A stretch of DNA of 64,000 bases from a virus (Duplodnaviria > Caudoviricetes), in the IMG/VR virus record IMGVR_UViG_3300049472_000168, positions 1 through 64,000 of that record; one strand, given 5' to 3'. The notes beneath the pieces were generated by a model. The model was not told where the DNA came from and searched no databases. It saw nothing but the letters and a program-made list of their open reading frames with translations. This document shows, in pieces, positions 1 to 9,618 of this stretch; the stretch's first letter is position 1; the number at the start of each line of letters is the position of its first letter. Made by a program: the position numbers and the translations under genes.

Positions 1-257
1 GTGTCTCTCCTAGCGGTGGCGGTGGTGGTGGTGGTGGAGGCGTCATCTTTTTGATCTATCACAAGCTCATCGATAATACAGCAGGTGGCCTTACCGGCGG
101 TACTTGGGTAGACGGCGGCAACGGCGGCAACGGCGACCACAATGGTTCTACGGGTGGTGTGGGTGGCAATGCTGGAAATATTTTCTTAGTCGATCTAACA
201 ACAGGTTTGATTGGATCTATTGGTGGTTCAAACGGCACCAACGGAGTAGACGGCTAA
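1..257 (+). CDS. Gly-rich virion protein (tail fibre-like), C-terminal fragment
   Basis: Open frame from window edge with GGGGG/GGNGGNG repeats; stop overlaps next start (TAATG). Confidence 0.55.
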   Translation, partial: VSPSGGGGGGGGGVIFLIYHKLIDNTAGGLTGGTWVDGGNGGNGDHNGSTGGVGGNAGNIFLVDLTTGLIGSIGGSNGTNGVDG

Positions 258-811
258 TGTCCTTGATTAAGTATATCAACCAGAACCGAGACATCATGGC
301 TGCGGCTGGCCCTCTAGCCGCAGAGCAGCTGTCTCGGATCCAACCTCTAGCCCTGTACCCAGCGGTGCTCAGGATGACCATTAGAGCCCTCGAAATCTGT
401 AGGTCTAAGGGGAAGGTCTTCTGGATTACTCAAGGCGAGAGGACCTGGGACGAGCAGCATCAGCTATATCTCAAGGGTCGCAGAGGGATTCCAGGTGAAG
501 GCAAGGTGACAACGGTCGATGCCGGAGACAGTGCCCATAATTATGCAATCGCAGTAGATGGCGTTTTTGACAAGGACCCGTCAAAAGGGTTGCAGCCGTC
601 CTGGGATAAGACCGATATCAAGATTTGGGCCGATGCCTGTATTGAAGTCGGCCTAGATGCTGGATATTATTGGAAAAACTTCTTCGACGGCCCCCATGCC
701 CAGCTAGATGTGGGATCTGTAGGAATCAGTCCGAGGAAGCAGTTGAAGTCTGTATATGCCAAAGGCGGCAAAGAAGCCGTTTTTGCGGTTCTTGACAAAT
801 ATAATTGGTAA
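257..811 (+). CDS. Endolysin, M15 family (L-Ala-D-Glu peptidase-like)
   Basis: GERTWDEQ..LY.KGR, SAHNYAIAVD and DGPH motifs; ATG at 257 coupled to upstream stop. Confidence 0.85.
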   Translation: MSLIKYINQNRDIMAAAGPLAAEQLSRIQPLALYPAVLRMTIRALEICRSKGKVFWITQGERTWDEQHQLYLKGRRGIPGEGKVTTVDAGDSAHNYAIAVDGVFDKDPSKGLQPSWDKTDIKIWADACIEVGLDAGYYWKNFFDGPHAQLDVGSVGISPRKQLKSVYAKGGKEAVFAVLDKYNW

Positions 812-824
812 CAATCTTAAAGAC

Positions 825-1196
825 ATGTCTACACTCATCGCAGCAGTATCGAAGGCCGTAACCACAGCAACAGCTAGCGGTGTACTCACCGTAGACTCGA
901 CGACTCCGATTTGGCCGGGTCAAATCGGCTGGTTGTCGAAGACTGGACAGACCTCGTTAAGGATTCAGGTAGTCGAAATCATCTCGGCCACCACCTTCAG
1001 GGCCAGAGCGATTCCTGTGATTTCTGGCGACAACTTTGCAAAATTAGGTCCACAGGCTGCTGGAACCGCGAGTCCGGCGGGATATCCGACCAATTCGTTC
1101 TCAGACCTCTCGGCCTTTACGACTTCGGGTCAGTTCGACGCTGAACCTCAGGTTGTTGGTGACAACTCTGACGGCGGCAAGCTAGTCAGAGCCTAA
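825..1196 (+). CDS. Hypothetical, probable virion structural protein
   Basis: Thr/Ala/Gly-rich beta-type sequence; ATG preceded by AATCTT motif. Confidence 0.55.
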   Translation: MSTLIAAVSKAVTTATASGVLTVDSTTPIWPGQIGWLSKTGQTSLRIQVVEIISATTFRARAIPVISGDNFAKLGPQAAGTASPAGYPTNSFSDLSAFTTSGQFDAEPQVVGDNSDGGKLVRA

Positions 1197-1454
1197 TTTT
1201 AGTAGGCTCTCAGACCTAGTCCCGACGCTTCTGCAATCAAAATAGCCGTCTTGAGGAGGGGGCGAGGTCATCCTGTCTTTGTGCCTAAAGATGGGACTAA
1301 AGACTCTATCTTGCCAACCCCAGACCGATACGGTTCCATCGGGCTGTTCAACCTCAGCGGTCTTCTCGTCGAAATTATAGGATACCACACGGCAGTTTAG
1401 AGGGAGGATTCCTAATAGATCTTCTGGAGTTCCGGGTGGATGTTTAATTGGCAT
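1182..1454 (-). CDS. Hypothetical protein
   Basis: ORF ending the minus-strand gene run. Confidence 0.5.
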   Translation of the reverse strand: MPIKHPPGTPEDLLGILPLNCRVVSYNFDEKTAEVEQPDGTVSVWGWQDRVFSPIFRHKDRMTSPPPQDGYFDCRSVGTRSESLLKLGSD

Positions 1455-1462
1455 TTGTTTTC

Positions 1463-1696
1463 CTACGTATGCACTGTAAAGGGCGCTATTAGCTTACCGC
1501 AAATGGCGCAGAAGTTACGACGACAGTACTGTGTAGGGATTACGTCGGGATCTTTGGAAGCGTGTTGGTTCCATAGGATTTCTGAGATGTGTTCGTTTCC
1601 CCAACAACTGAACACACGGCCACAGTCTAGGCATGACAACCCTATTGTCTGGTCTAAAGCGACTGCTTCGGTGTTGTTATGTGAGCAATGTGTCAT
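1463..1696 (-). CDS. Hypothetical Cys-rich (Zn-finger-like) protein
   Basis: CxxC pairs (CLDC, CAIC); GAGG upstream. Confidence 0.5.
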   Translation of the reverse strand: MTHCSHNNTEAVALDQTIGLSCLDCGRVFSCWGNEHISEILWNQHASKDPDVIPTQYCRRNFCAICGKLIAPFTVHT

Positions 1697-1864
1697 GGAT
1701 AGAGTCCGATCTACCTCATTTGATGACTTCCTCCCCTTCAAGGAGCCACATCATGGAAATAGCACCAAACAATATGACCATCAAGTAGTCTTGGTTTATC
1801 GCACATAGAATAGTTAAAAGTGTATATATTCCTGCAATAAAACCTTCTGTTTTCTGACTGAGAT

Positions 1865-2083
1865 TCATCTGTTTTCCTTTGGTCTTTCGCCCATCGCGTC
1901 AAGTTTCCTTTCACATCTTTCGAGACTTTCCTTGAGGTCGTTTTGGATATCCGGAGGAATCTGTTCCCAGGCCTGGTCTATTGTGGCAACTAAATGACAG
2001 CTGATTTCGATCCAGCATTTGGCACAGATCCAAGATGTTCTCGATCTGTTCAGGACTAGGACTTCGTGGTTCTGTAGGATCAT
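1865..2083 (-). CDS. Hypothetical protein
   Basis: ORF in minus-strand run. Confidence 0.45.
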   Translation of the reverse strand: MILQNHEVLVLNRSRTSWICAKCWIEISCHLVATIDQAWEQIPPDIQNDLKESLERCERKLDAMGERPKENR

Positions 2084-2201
2084 CGATCAATAAACCACGG
2101 CATCGCCAATAGGATGTCGATTAGGCCCCATTTGTAGTTCCCGGTAAAGACCTGGACCAAGCCGACACCAAGAATAAGACCTCCAACCGTAAGTCTTAAT
2201 T

Positions 2202-2615
2202 TCATTGTCGTTCAACAAAAAGTATTAAAAGACGATCCCCTTTAAGAGCAAGTCTCATCGTTGTATCTGAAATCCGATAGACACAACGAGGTTTATTTTT
2301 CCGAATTAAGTATTTTTTTGGATAGTCCAGAACATAGATGCACTCGCCGTCATACGGTCTTTCTGGAGGCAAGATCCTGGTGATTCTAAAGGGCAATTTT
2401 GTGTGAGTCTGAGGACCTCCCCAGGTCTTAGACACAGAAACCGGTAGTCTTACTACATCTCCAATTTTCTTTTTCATCCCGATATAACCCTCGTTTTCTT
2501 CATTCCCTTGACACAGGTGTAAGTCATATCTGTCCAGATAAAGCAAGTATCTATTTGATTTGGATTGAACCCAACATTCCTCATGTCTAGCAATGGTCCA
2601 CCACAATTCGGACAT
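2202..2615 (-). CDS. Hypothetical; C-terminal part paralogous to 2628..2915
   Basis: IGDVVRLPVSV..FRI..P.DG..Y.L..P vs IGDIVELKVSV..FRI..PPDG..YRL..P. Confidence 0.55.
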   Translation of the reverse strand: MSELWWTIARHEECWVQSKSNRYLLYLDRYDLHLCQGNEENEGYIGMKKKIGDVVRLPVSVSKTWGGPQTHTKLPFRITRILPPERPYDGECIYVLDYPKKYLIRKNKPRCVYRISDTTMRLALKGDRLLILFVERQ

Positions 2616-2627
2616 TTATTCATCTAA

Positions 2628-2915
2628 TTACCGACAATAAATGGTTACTGGGATACGATTTCCCGCAATTCCTGATTTCATCAACTTCTCAGTGATATTT
2701 AAGGCACAAGGTTTTGTCGGATGGAAATGATACGGAGAAGGAGCCTTAAGACGATACATCCAGTCCCCATCTGGTGGATAACAGGAGTTGGGTTCTTTGC
2801 CAATAATCCTGAACGAGATCTTTCTCTCTTTCCCAGGTCCTCGTAGGTTGTTAGCCGTACAAACAGAGACTTTGAGTTCTACAATATCTCCGATTTCAAA
2901 TCTATTCATCTGCAA
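2628..2915 (-). CDS. Hypothetical, paralog of 2202..2615
   Basis: Shared motifs as above. Confidence 0.55.
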   Translation of the reverse strand: MQMNRFEIGDIVELKVSVCTANNLRGPGKERKISFRIIGKEPNSCYPPDGDWMYRLKAPSPYHFHPTKPCALNITEKLMKSGIAGNRIPVTIYCR

Positions 2916-3834
2916 ACCAAGTCTTTCCCAGAAGCATATCCGATTTATCGATAATAGAGAAACACTCCCAGGATGTCAACACCTGGAGTAGGGCCTCGGC
3001 ATCTATTTTTTGGATTCGGGTATGTTCTCGTTTGATCCCGGGTCGAGGTTTGATGAGTTCTAGATTCCTCAGGATGATATCTCTGGACTCCTGGACCTTT
3101 AGTTTTGTTTTGGCCGTGGCTCCTGACTCCAGGACTGCTGCAATAAATTCATCTACGGAATCCGTAGAATTCAGAGCGGACGTAACCTGAGCCTTCATCA
3201 GGCGGTGGACTCCCTTGATGTCGTCTGAGGCGTCTCCAAATAGGGCCTTGGACATCGGAATTTTCTTGGGGTCCTGAACACAGAAGGCCTTCAGGATATC
3301 TGCCGTATTGACGTACCTGTCGAAATGGGGGCTCCAAACATCGGTGGTATCTGAGATCAGAGACCAGAAGTCCTTGTCCGAACTCAGGATAGAAACCGGC
3401 TTCTTCAGTCCACGACAGACCCAAGCAATGGCGTCATCGGCTTCGAGATCTGGATGGTCGATATGGAGACCCGGAATGCTCTGGAACGCGATATAAACAT
3501 CTGGTTTGGGGTCAAATCGAGTTGGGTCCCGGTTGGCCTTGTAGTTGGGATCTATCTGTTGTCTAACTGCCTTCGAGTTGATACCGTCGTAGCAGAAAAC
3601 GGGATACCACTTCATGGCTGGGATCCGCTCCATGACATACATCAAGATCTTAAAGGCCCCGAAGACGTGGCCGCTGAAGACCCCTTTTGATGTATTCAGG
3701 TTGTAGGCGAAACCTCCGCGATAGGCCATGTTGCTGACATCGACGACAAGAAGCCTGTCGGCCTCTTGGATTGATGCCACACATCTAGATGGCTTCCCGG
3801 TTGGAACCGCTACGAATTCTTCGAGAGATTCCAT
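2902..3834 (-). CDS. 5'-3' exonuclease / flap endonuclease (T4 RNase H, PolI N-terminal like)
   Basis: VVDVSN, YKANR, EADDAI, SSDKDF, GDASDDIKGV motifs. Confidence 0.9.
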   Translation of the reverse strand: MESLEEFVAVPTGKPSRCVASIQEADRLLVVDVSNMAYRGGFAYNLNTSKGVFSGHVFGAFKILMYVMERIPAMKWYPVFCYDGINSKAVRQQIDPNYKANRDPTRFDPKPDVYIAFQSIPGLHIDHPDLEADDAIAWVCRGLKKPVSILSSDKDFWSLISDTTDVWSPHFDRYVNTADILKAFCVQDPKKIPMSKALFGDASDDIKGVHRLMKAQVTSALNSTDSVDEFIAAVLESGATAKTKLKVQESRDIILRNLELIKPRPGIKREHTRIQKIDAEALLQVLTSWECFSIIDKSDMLLGKTWFADE

Positions 3835-4121
3835 CAGGGATCTCTCTTTTTCTTAATTTTGGTTGATTGGGGATCGATCAGCTTACCATCAGCAAACCGG
3901 AAGTGTCTCGTAACGCTCTGGAACCGCCCCCAATTCAGAGAGTCATCGGTTGGCGAGGCGCGTTCAAGCAAATCGCTGTAATTAGCCTGGTTTTGATCGA
4001 TCATAGGACCTGCGCTGACAAACCTAAACACCGCGAGGCAGTGCATAAATCCGTTTTTTTCTGCTTGCTCGATGTCCTTCAGGGCTGATCGAAGCTGTTC
4101 TGCTGTGATACAAAATTCCAT
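3834..4121 (-). CDS. Hypothetical protein
   Basis: Tightly packed ORF. Confidence 0.55.
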   Translation of the reverse strand: MEFCITAEQLRSALKDIEQAEKNGFMHCLAVFRFVSAGPMIDQNQANYSDLLERASPTDDSLNWGRFQSVTRHFRFADGKLIDPQSTKIKKKRDP

Positions 4122-4568
4122 TTAGACCAAGACCTCTTTAGTACTGAGATCGTAGGTCGCGAAACTTCCGTATTTAGCTTCGATAGCCTCTCTATAGCTG
4201 GGCAAGACTCCAGGGAAGTTCTTCGCATCTATCCAAAGTTGCTCGTCCTTGGGTAGCTTCGTGAAAATGGAGATATCTCCGTTACGCCAGTCGATTACAA
4301 CTGTCTCGTTGGCTTCATCTTTAATGAAGGATTTCGCTTTGTTGATATATTCCCAGTCCGCCTTTGATTCCAAGTGGGCAATATATCCAGACAGCCTCAC
4401 TGGTAACTGATATAAATCAATGGACAAGATAGGGTCGTGCTGAGCAATATCGGGACCTGTGAGGTCCCGGATGTGAGGAAAACTATCTAAGAGTTTTCTC
4501 AGTTTTTTGATCCTTTCCTGTCGTTCAGCTCTCAGAGCCCAGGCGGCGTGGTCAAATACTTTTATCAT
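4122..4568 (-). CDS. Hypothetical protein
   Basis: Tightly packed ORF, GGAG RBS. Confidence 0.6.
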   Translation of the reverse strand: MIKVFDHAAWALRAERQERIKKLRKLLDSFPHIRDLTGPDIAQHDPILSIDLYQLPVRLSGYIAHLESKADWEYINKAKSFIKDEANETVVIDWRNGDISIFTKLPKDEQLWIDAKNFPGVLPSYREAIEAKYGSFATYDLSTKEVLV

Positions 4569-4855
4569 TTGTCTCCCTTTACATCATACATCCAGCTCAA
4601 CGTAGTTACAAGGACATCGGCTAGGTCTTGGTTACTGATCTTGTCGTCAGGATTCTTTGTATTGAAGTCTTCAGCCTGTGCCTTCAGCGTATCCAGAACA
4701 GCAAGAGCCGAGGCCTTCAACCATTCAGCTCGGGGCCCTTCAGGACTCAGCCCTTGGCTTATTGCCTCCGCCATGGCTTGACGCCTCTTCTGGCCTCTAC
4801 TCAGCCTTGAGGAATCGTTTTGGATCGCCTTCGCTATGACTTCAATAGGGGTCAA
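4565..4855 (-). CDS. Hypothetical protein
   Basis: 4-nt overlaps with neighbours. Confidence 0.55.
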   Translation of the reverse strand: MTPIEVIAKAIQNDSSRLSRGQKRRQAMAEAISQGLSPEGPRAEWLKASALAVLDTLKAQAEDFNTKNPDDKISNQDLADVLVTTLSWMYDVKGDK

Positions 4856-5166
4856 GGGGACTCCTCGTAGATCTGATCGTTGAACTTGAATATCACTGAA
4901 TTCCCGGAGTATTTTGCAATCAAACTAGCAACAGAGCGACAGTCGTAGAGATTTGCTCCTGGCTGGACTCTTGCTTCTCCTGAAACAGGATCAAAAACAA
5001 ACGGGAATCTCCTGGGATCCAGTGGATCTGACTTGCTGAGTGACTTGAATTCTTCTTCTATTTTAGAAAGAGCAAAAGTTAAGACTCTTTGCTTTTCCAA
5101 CACATCCTCGTATGCCTTGATCCTGAAGTGTTGAATACAATCCGGCGTGATATCTGATTTATTCAT
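4852..5166 (-). CDS. Hypothetical protein
   Basis: ATGA overlap with dUTPase. Confidence 0.55.
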   Translation of the reverse strand: MNKSDITPDCIQHFRIKAYEDVLEKQRVLTFALSKIEEEFKSLSKSDPLDPRRFPFVFDPVSGEARVQPGANLYDCRSVASLIAKYSGNSVIFKFNDQIYEESP

Positions 5167-5612
5167 TTTATCCCCGTAGACCCAAATCCATTGGAGCCCC
5201 TGGCAGTCTCCGACAGCTCTTGGACCTCCTCGATTTCTACATCTAGAACCCTAGAAACCACGAGCTGGGCAATTCTGTCACCAGGTAGGATTTCGTAAGG
5301 GGTCATTCCGGTGTTGACGAGAAGCACGATGAGTTCTCCTCTGTAGTCGGAATCGATGGTTCCCGGAGAATTGGCGACTACGATACCTTTCTTGGCAAGA
5401 CCAGATCTAGACCTTACCTGAATCTCGTAGCCATCAGGAATCTCAACTGCCCATCCGGTTTTAACGGCTACAGCAGCACCGCCCCCAGACATTTCTCTCG
5501 GCATCAACCAGGCGTGCTCTACGGCCCGGATATCGATTCCGGCAGCATAGGGATTGGCCTTGCTAGGAAGGGGGCGTTGATCTGGTCTCAGATTTTTAAA
5601 TTTTATTTTCAT
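5163..5612 (-). CDS. dut: Trimeric dUTPase
   Basis: AAGIDI, RSRSGLA, GTIDSDYRGEL, GDRIAQL, RGSNGFGSTG motifs. Confidence 0.97.
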   Translation of the reverse strand: MKIKFKNLRPDQRPLPSKANPYAAGIDIRAVEHAWLMPREMSGGGAAVAVKTGWAVEIPDGYEIQVRSRSGLAKKGIVVANSPGTIDSDYRGELIVLLVNTGMTPYEILPGDRIAQLVVSRVLDVEIEEVQELSETARGSNGFGSTGIK

Positions 5613-5901
5613 AGATCTCGATCTCTGGGAAAAAATTAAAACACGCCAACATCCCAGAGGTACCCTCCCAGGTTATCACCAATAACGCCCCTAGCCCTCT
5701 ATGAGGGAGAACTGGCACCTGACCAGCAGGTGTACCGATGCTCATTCTGGTGTGGTCCCATTCCGTTGTTAGTAGCGGGCGCTCACGAACCAGCGCGGAA
5801 TAAGCAGCAGGTCCCACATAGAATTCCAGCCCTTTCAGTAACTGGTGCTCAGTCCGACAGATTTCTAATACCTTGTCGCAAAGACGTTCAACGATAGTCA
5901 T
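5596..5901 (-). CDS. Hypothetical protein
   Basis: Packed ORF. Confidence 0.5.
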   Translation of the reverse strand: MTIVERLCDKVLEICRTEHQLLKGLEFYVGPAAYSALVRERPLLTTEWDHTRMSIGTPAGQVPVLPHRGLGALLVITWEGTSGMLACFNFFPEIEIYENKI

Positions 5902-6692
5902 ATAGCTCGATGCCTTAAAGTCTCACATCTTGAGCAAATAGTCAAGAGCCAGCCGCCTCTGTTTTCTAGGGACCCAGGATCCCCACAGTAATAGCAGGTT
6001 TTCGCAGACTCCCGTTCAGCAGCAGCGATCACTTCATCTACCTCTCTAGTGGCGTAATCAGAATAGAACCTAAGGGTTCCTAGTTTTTCTTTGACCTGGA
6101 TCGCCTTGATTCTGTTCAGGGCCGGATACTGCCGATTGATGGCCTCTAGCTTAAGACAGCAGTCATAGATCAAAGGGAACCACCCCAGAAGGGTAACTTC
6201 AAAACAGAAATCTTCTGAGATAACGGTAGGTGCCACAGATTTCAGGATTTGGGTGAACTTCTCCTGTCCCGGAGAATCAGGCTTCCACAGCCTTCTCTCG
6301 GCGTCTGTTCTATTGTCTAGGTCCGGTACGATGGCCTTAACCAGGGCTTCACTGAGTTCTACGGCTCCGCTGTATTCGTCAACTGGGGTCGCACAGTCTT
6401 GGCAGACCCAGCCAAACTCGTTTTCCTGCCATCCCGCAGCGATGGCGTCGGCTTCGTTGCCATCAAACTTCTTGTCGAGGTCAACTGTGGTTTTGGTCTT
6501 CTGGATCTCGAATCTGATCCCTTTGTAGGTTCCAGAGCTGACCCCGAGTTTCTTAATGGCGGCAAGTGCGTTTTGTAAACCTCTATGGATATTGACTAGC
6601 TTTTCCGGAATCTCATGGTGATCTGGAAAGATAACAACTTCGTAGTCCTCTTCAGAAGGAATCACACAACTGGTACATACGATATCACTCAT
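5898..6692 (-). CDS. Phage hypothetical with QVKEKxGxLRFY motif and CxxC pairs
   Basis: QVKEKLGTLRFY..TCYYCG..GW..TIC.RC, a pattern common in phage proteins. Confidence 0.6.
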   Translation of the reverse strand: MSDIVCTSCVIPSEEDYEVVIFPDHHEIPEKLVNIHRGLQNALAAIKKLGVSSGTYKGIRFEIQKTKTTVDLDKKFDGNEADAIAAGWQENEFGWVCQDCATPVDEYSGAVELSEALVKAIVPDLDNRTDAERRLWKPDSPGQEKFTQILKSVAPTVISEDFCFEVTLLGWFPLIYDCCLKLEAINRQYPALNRIKAIQVKEKLGTLRFYSDYATREVDEVIAAAERESAKTCYYCGDPGSLENRGGWLLTICSRCETLRHRAI

Positions 6693-6930
6693 TGGTTTCT
6701 TCGGCCTCCATATTGATTACCCATCTCTGTCCGTCGTGGTGCATCTCGAATTTCTGGAACCCGACGGGGCCGCAGTTCAGCAAGCCACTATACATCCCAT
6801 CTGTCATGACCTCCTGCAAGAACAGGAGCCGCCTCGAATTCATTTCGAGATAAGTACTAGGTATATCGTAAATCGTAGAAATATACCTAGTCACGGTCTC
6901 GAATTTGATGGTTTTAAGATTTCGAGTCAT
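6685..6930 (-). CDS. Hypothetical protein
   Basis: Packed ORF. Confidence 0.5.
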   Translation of the reverse strand: MTRNLKTIKFETVTRYISTIYDIPSTYLEMNSRRLLFLQEVMTDGMYSGLLNCGPVGFQKFEMHHDGQRWVINMEAEETNE

Positions 6931-7963
6931 TTAGAGCTTCTCCCAAGGCCTGCATCGCAGCAGAAGTAAGCTCCTGGGATTCTGCCATGTTGACCCTGTA
7001 GTAGCCGTCAACACCAGCGGAGGAGCCATCAACAAACAGGATTTTTGTCTTTTCTAAGGCGGTCCTGAACTTTTTGGAATGCTTCGGCTTGAACCAAGCA
7101 AACATGCCGCCGTCTCCACTAGGGACACCTGCCATATTAGTGACGTGGTCTCCGATAGTATTAATTAATGTCTTCCCGTTATTTGCGATCTGCTCATTGA
7201 TACAGTCAGTAGCTAGCTCGAATCTAACGGGTCCCCTCATGATGGTGTCGAGAAACTCTGAAAAATAGGTCTGGGAAAGAGTCGAGACCCCGGAGGTCGT
7301 GGTTTCGACGTATTCGGTGATGGCATCTGCGATATCGCTGTGGTCTGTGGAGATCCAGCCCAGTCGAATTCCGCTGAGACCGTAACGCTTCGATGCTGAA
7401 TCTACAACAACTTCGGGGTCATCGGCTTCATCTGGGGCCATATCTGCTCCCAGCCCTGCGTCAAAGATAGGAGAGTCGTAGACCGAGTCTCTAATAATAA
7501 AAGAGCCCTCGAAGTGATTTTGGGCGTCCTTGTTGTATCCTGTAGGATTATTAGGCCAGGTATCGATGATGACCTGGTAGTCATTGAGATCTGAGGTCCA
7601 GTTGAGTCCAGCATGGGCAGCTAGGGTAGGGAGACTGGGCCAGTACGGAACCATCGAAGTATAGACATCGGAATAGCTCAGCTTCAGGGCTGCCGCCATC
7701 GCGGCGATGAGGCCTTGTTTGGCCCCTGAAACCAAGACGACATGTTTCTGTGGTATATTGTGGAATTCCTTGATCCTAGAGATCAGATCTAAGTCGCCTC
7801 CAGATCTGGGATATCCTTGATCTGAATCCGGAATCATAAATTTGGGGTAGAACTGCTTCAGCCCGGCCTGTACCAGCTTTGGTTCACCTATGGCTAGATT
7901 GGTGAAGCCGTATGGAGTTGACCTAGCGATCAGGGCCATATCTACTGTTTTTGGCTTTTTCAT
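6914..7963 (-). CDS. PLP-dependent aminotransferase class I/II fold
   Basis: NLAIGEP, SGAKQGL, PNNPTG, DSVY, SASKRYGLSGIRLGW (PLP lysine). Confidence 0.9.
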   Translation of the reverse strand: MKKPKTVDMALIARSTPYGFTNLAIGEPKLVQAGLKQFYPKFMIPDSDQGYPRSGGDLDLISRIKEFHNIPQKHVVLVSGAKQGLIAAMAAALKLSYSDVYTSMVPYWPSLPTLAAHAGLNWTSDLNDYQVIIDTWPNNPTGYNKDAQNHFEGSFIIRDSVYDSPIFDAGLGADMAPDEADDPEVVVDSASKRYGLSGIRLGWISTDHSDIADAITEYVETTTSGVSTLSQTYFSEFLDTIMRGPVRFELATDCINEQIANNGKTLINTIGDHVTNMAGVPSGDGGMFAWFKPKHSKKFRTALEKTKILFVDGSSAGVDGYYRVNMAESQELTSAAMQALGEALNDSKS

Positions 7964-8586
7964 TAGAACTCCAGTTTTAGCTGAATCCCTGCATCGGCCC
8001 TACTATTTGCCCAGACTCCTAGACTCAATGGACCAAGGATACGTCGATCCAGAGCTGCCCCTACCACAAAATTATCTGGAACCAAATATCCAGGAATTCC
8101 TTGGATCGGGTTCAGAACATTGATACCACCTTGAACCGAAGCTGTCCATTGTTTTTGGAGGGATTCCACGATTTTGATCTTTTCCTCGACCCTTATGGTC
8201 TCCTTCCAGATCTTGGTGGACTCCTCAGTCTTGGTAGCAATGGCTTCCTTGGTGGCCGTTGTGGAGTCAGAGGTTGTTTTGTCTGTAGCCTCTTCTGTGG
8301 TTGTTTTAGTACCATCCGCGGCTTCGACGACCACTCTACGGGTTGCGACGTTACGCTTGATAGCAACGGCTGAGATGGCCTCCCTCAGCTCTGCGATATC
8401 TACCTTTTTCTCGATAACAGTCGATTCGTGGTGGATCTCTTTGATCTTCTCGATTTCGACCGTTCTGATTTCTGGAGACTTCGAGAACCTCCCGCCAAGG
8501 AAGGCCATCACGATGATACCGACTCCAATGGCGATTTTGATGGGTAATTTATTCATGGACATATTGTGATCTTTCCGGTCTTCCAA
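7963..8586 (-). CDS. Membrane-anchored protein (N-terminal TM, coiled region; possibly spanin-like)
   Basis: Hydrophobic IAIGVGIIVMAFLGG followed by charged helical region; start may be a few codons downstream. Confidence 0.45.
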   Translation of the reverse strand: MEDRKDHNMSMNKLPIKIAIGVGIIVMAFLGGRFSKSPEIRTVEIEKIKEIHHESTVIEKKVDIAELREAISAVAIKRNVATRRVVVEAADGTKTTTEEATDKTTSDSTTATKEAIATKTEESTKIWKETIRVEEKIKIVESLQKQWTASVQGGINVLNPIQGIPGYLVPDNFVVGAALDRRILGPLSLGVWANSRADAGIQLKLEF

Positions 8587-8798
8587 TCAATCATTACACT
8601 AGATCCATACTTCTTTCGCACAGCATTGATATAGATGTCTACGGATTTATCTGACGCCTTGACCCCTTTTTGATGTAGCTTATTGGCTAAGGCATAGAGC
8701 TTTTCCGCTTCGGCCCAAAATCTATCCGCTTTATCGTTCTCACTTTGGGATTGTTTCCAGGCCGCTTCGATTTTTGGATATTTCTTGATTTTCTTCAT
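8553..8798 (-). CDS. Hypothetical, paralog of the N-terminal half of 23391..23825
   Basis: PKIEAAW..YINAV..YG..V.IDW.TG.I vs PKLEAAW..YVNAV..YG..VVINWGTGEI. Confidence 0.6.
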   Translation of the reverse strand: MKKIKKYPKIEAAWKQSQSENDKADRFWAEAEKLYALANKLHQKGVKASDKSVDIYINAVRKKYGSSVMIDWKTGKITICP

Positions 8799-9394
8799 TT
8801 TTTCTTCCTTGTCGAGGTCCTTTTTGTCTTAGGTACTACCTTCATGATGCCATCGGCAAATCCGTATTCAACTGTCTCTTTGGCACTAAAAAATGTCTCC
8901 ATCTCACATAGGGCCTTGACCTGTTCGGAGGTAACCGCTCCTCCAGATCTACCGGCTAGGACCCCGTAATACAGCAGAGATAGAGCTTTGACTTCGTCGG
9001 CCAAGGACAGGAGTTGGTCCGTTGTCATGTCCATAGCAATGGAGCCGTTGTGAATCATGAAGCGGCAATTCGGGGCCAGTAGCCTTTGGTCGCAGCCCTG
9101 AAGGATAAGGGTGGCAATGCTTTGGCATTCGCCGTAACACAGAGCGACTGTTTTGTTTTTGCAGAGCCTGAGGGCATCATAAATGGTCCAACCGGCCCCC
9201 TCGTAGCCGCCTGTTGAGGAAATGATCATAGTGATTGGTCCCCGGGACCTATCAAACTCACGGAGAGCAGCTACAATGGCCCCTGCTTTTTCTCCGTTGA
9301 CTTCACCGAAGAGAAAAACCTCTCGACGCTTCTCGTTGATAATTACCGAATTTGACTCCACCGAATTACTGTCTTTCTTGATTCTAGGCTTCAT
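8795..9394 (-). CDS. clpP: ClpP-like serine protease
   Basis: REVFLFGEV, ISSTGG, IYDAL, CQSIA (Ser), FMIH (His), FFSAKETVEYGFAD. Confidence 0.88.
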   Translation of the reverse strand: MKPRIKKDSNSVESNSVIINEKRREVFLFGEVNGEKAGAIVAALREFDRSRGPITMIISSTGGYEGAGWTIYDALRLCKNKTVALCYGECQSIATLILQGCDQRLLAPNCRFMIHNGSIAMDMTTDQLLSLADEVKALSLLYYGVLAGRSGGAVTSEQVKALCEMETFFSAKETVEYGFADGIMKVVPKTKRTSTRKKK

Positions 9395-9618
9395 ATTTCC
9401 TCGTAGTAGTGCATTTCCCAGCCCGGACCCTGTAGGGAGTATCTCCGAAACGAGACCCAGATCTGAGGTACAGGGCTGAATTCCACAACATCGTACGTTC
9501 CTAGAACGTTGACGGCAGGTAAACGGACCGTGAGTCTATAATAATAGGGAGGAAGGTCTTCCAGATGAATGGTATCGGAAGTCCCATCATTCCATAGAAA
9601 CGGAACCTTCATCGGCAC
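9391..9618 (-). CDS. Hypothetical protein
   Basis: Packed ORF. Confidence 0.45.
   Translation of the reverse strand: MPMKVPFLWNDGTSDTIHLEDLPPYYYRLTVRLPAVNVLGTYDVVEFSPVPQIWVSFRRYSLQGPGWEMHYYEEI

Noticed and set aside
104-256. N-terminal extension of the endolysin ORF
   Set aside because: Out-of-frame read of the upstream Gly-rich gene; the real start is the coupled ATG at 257
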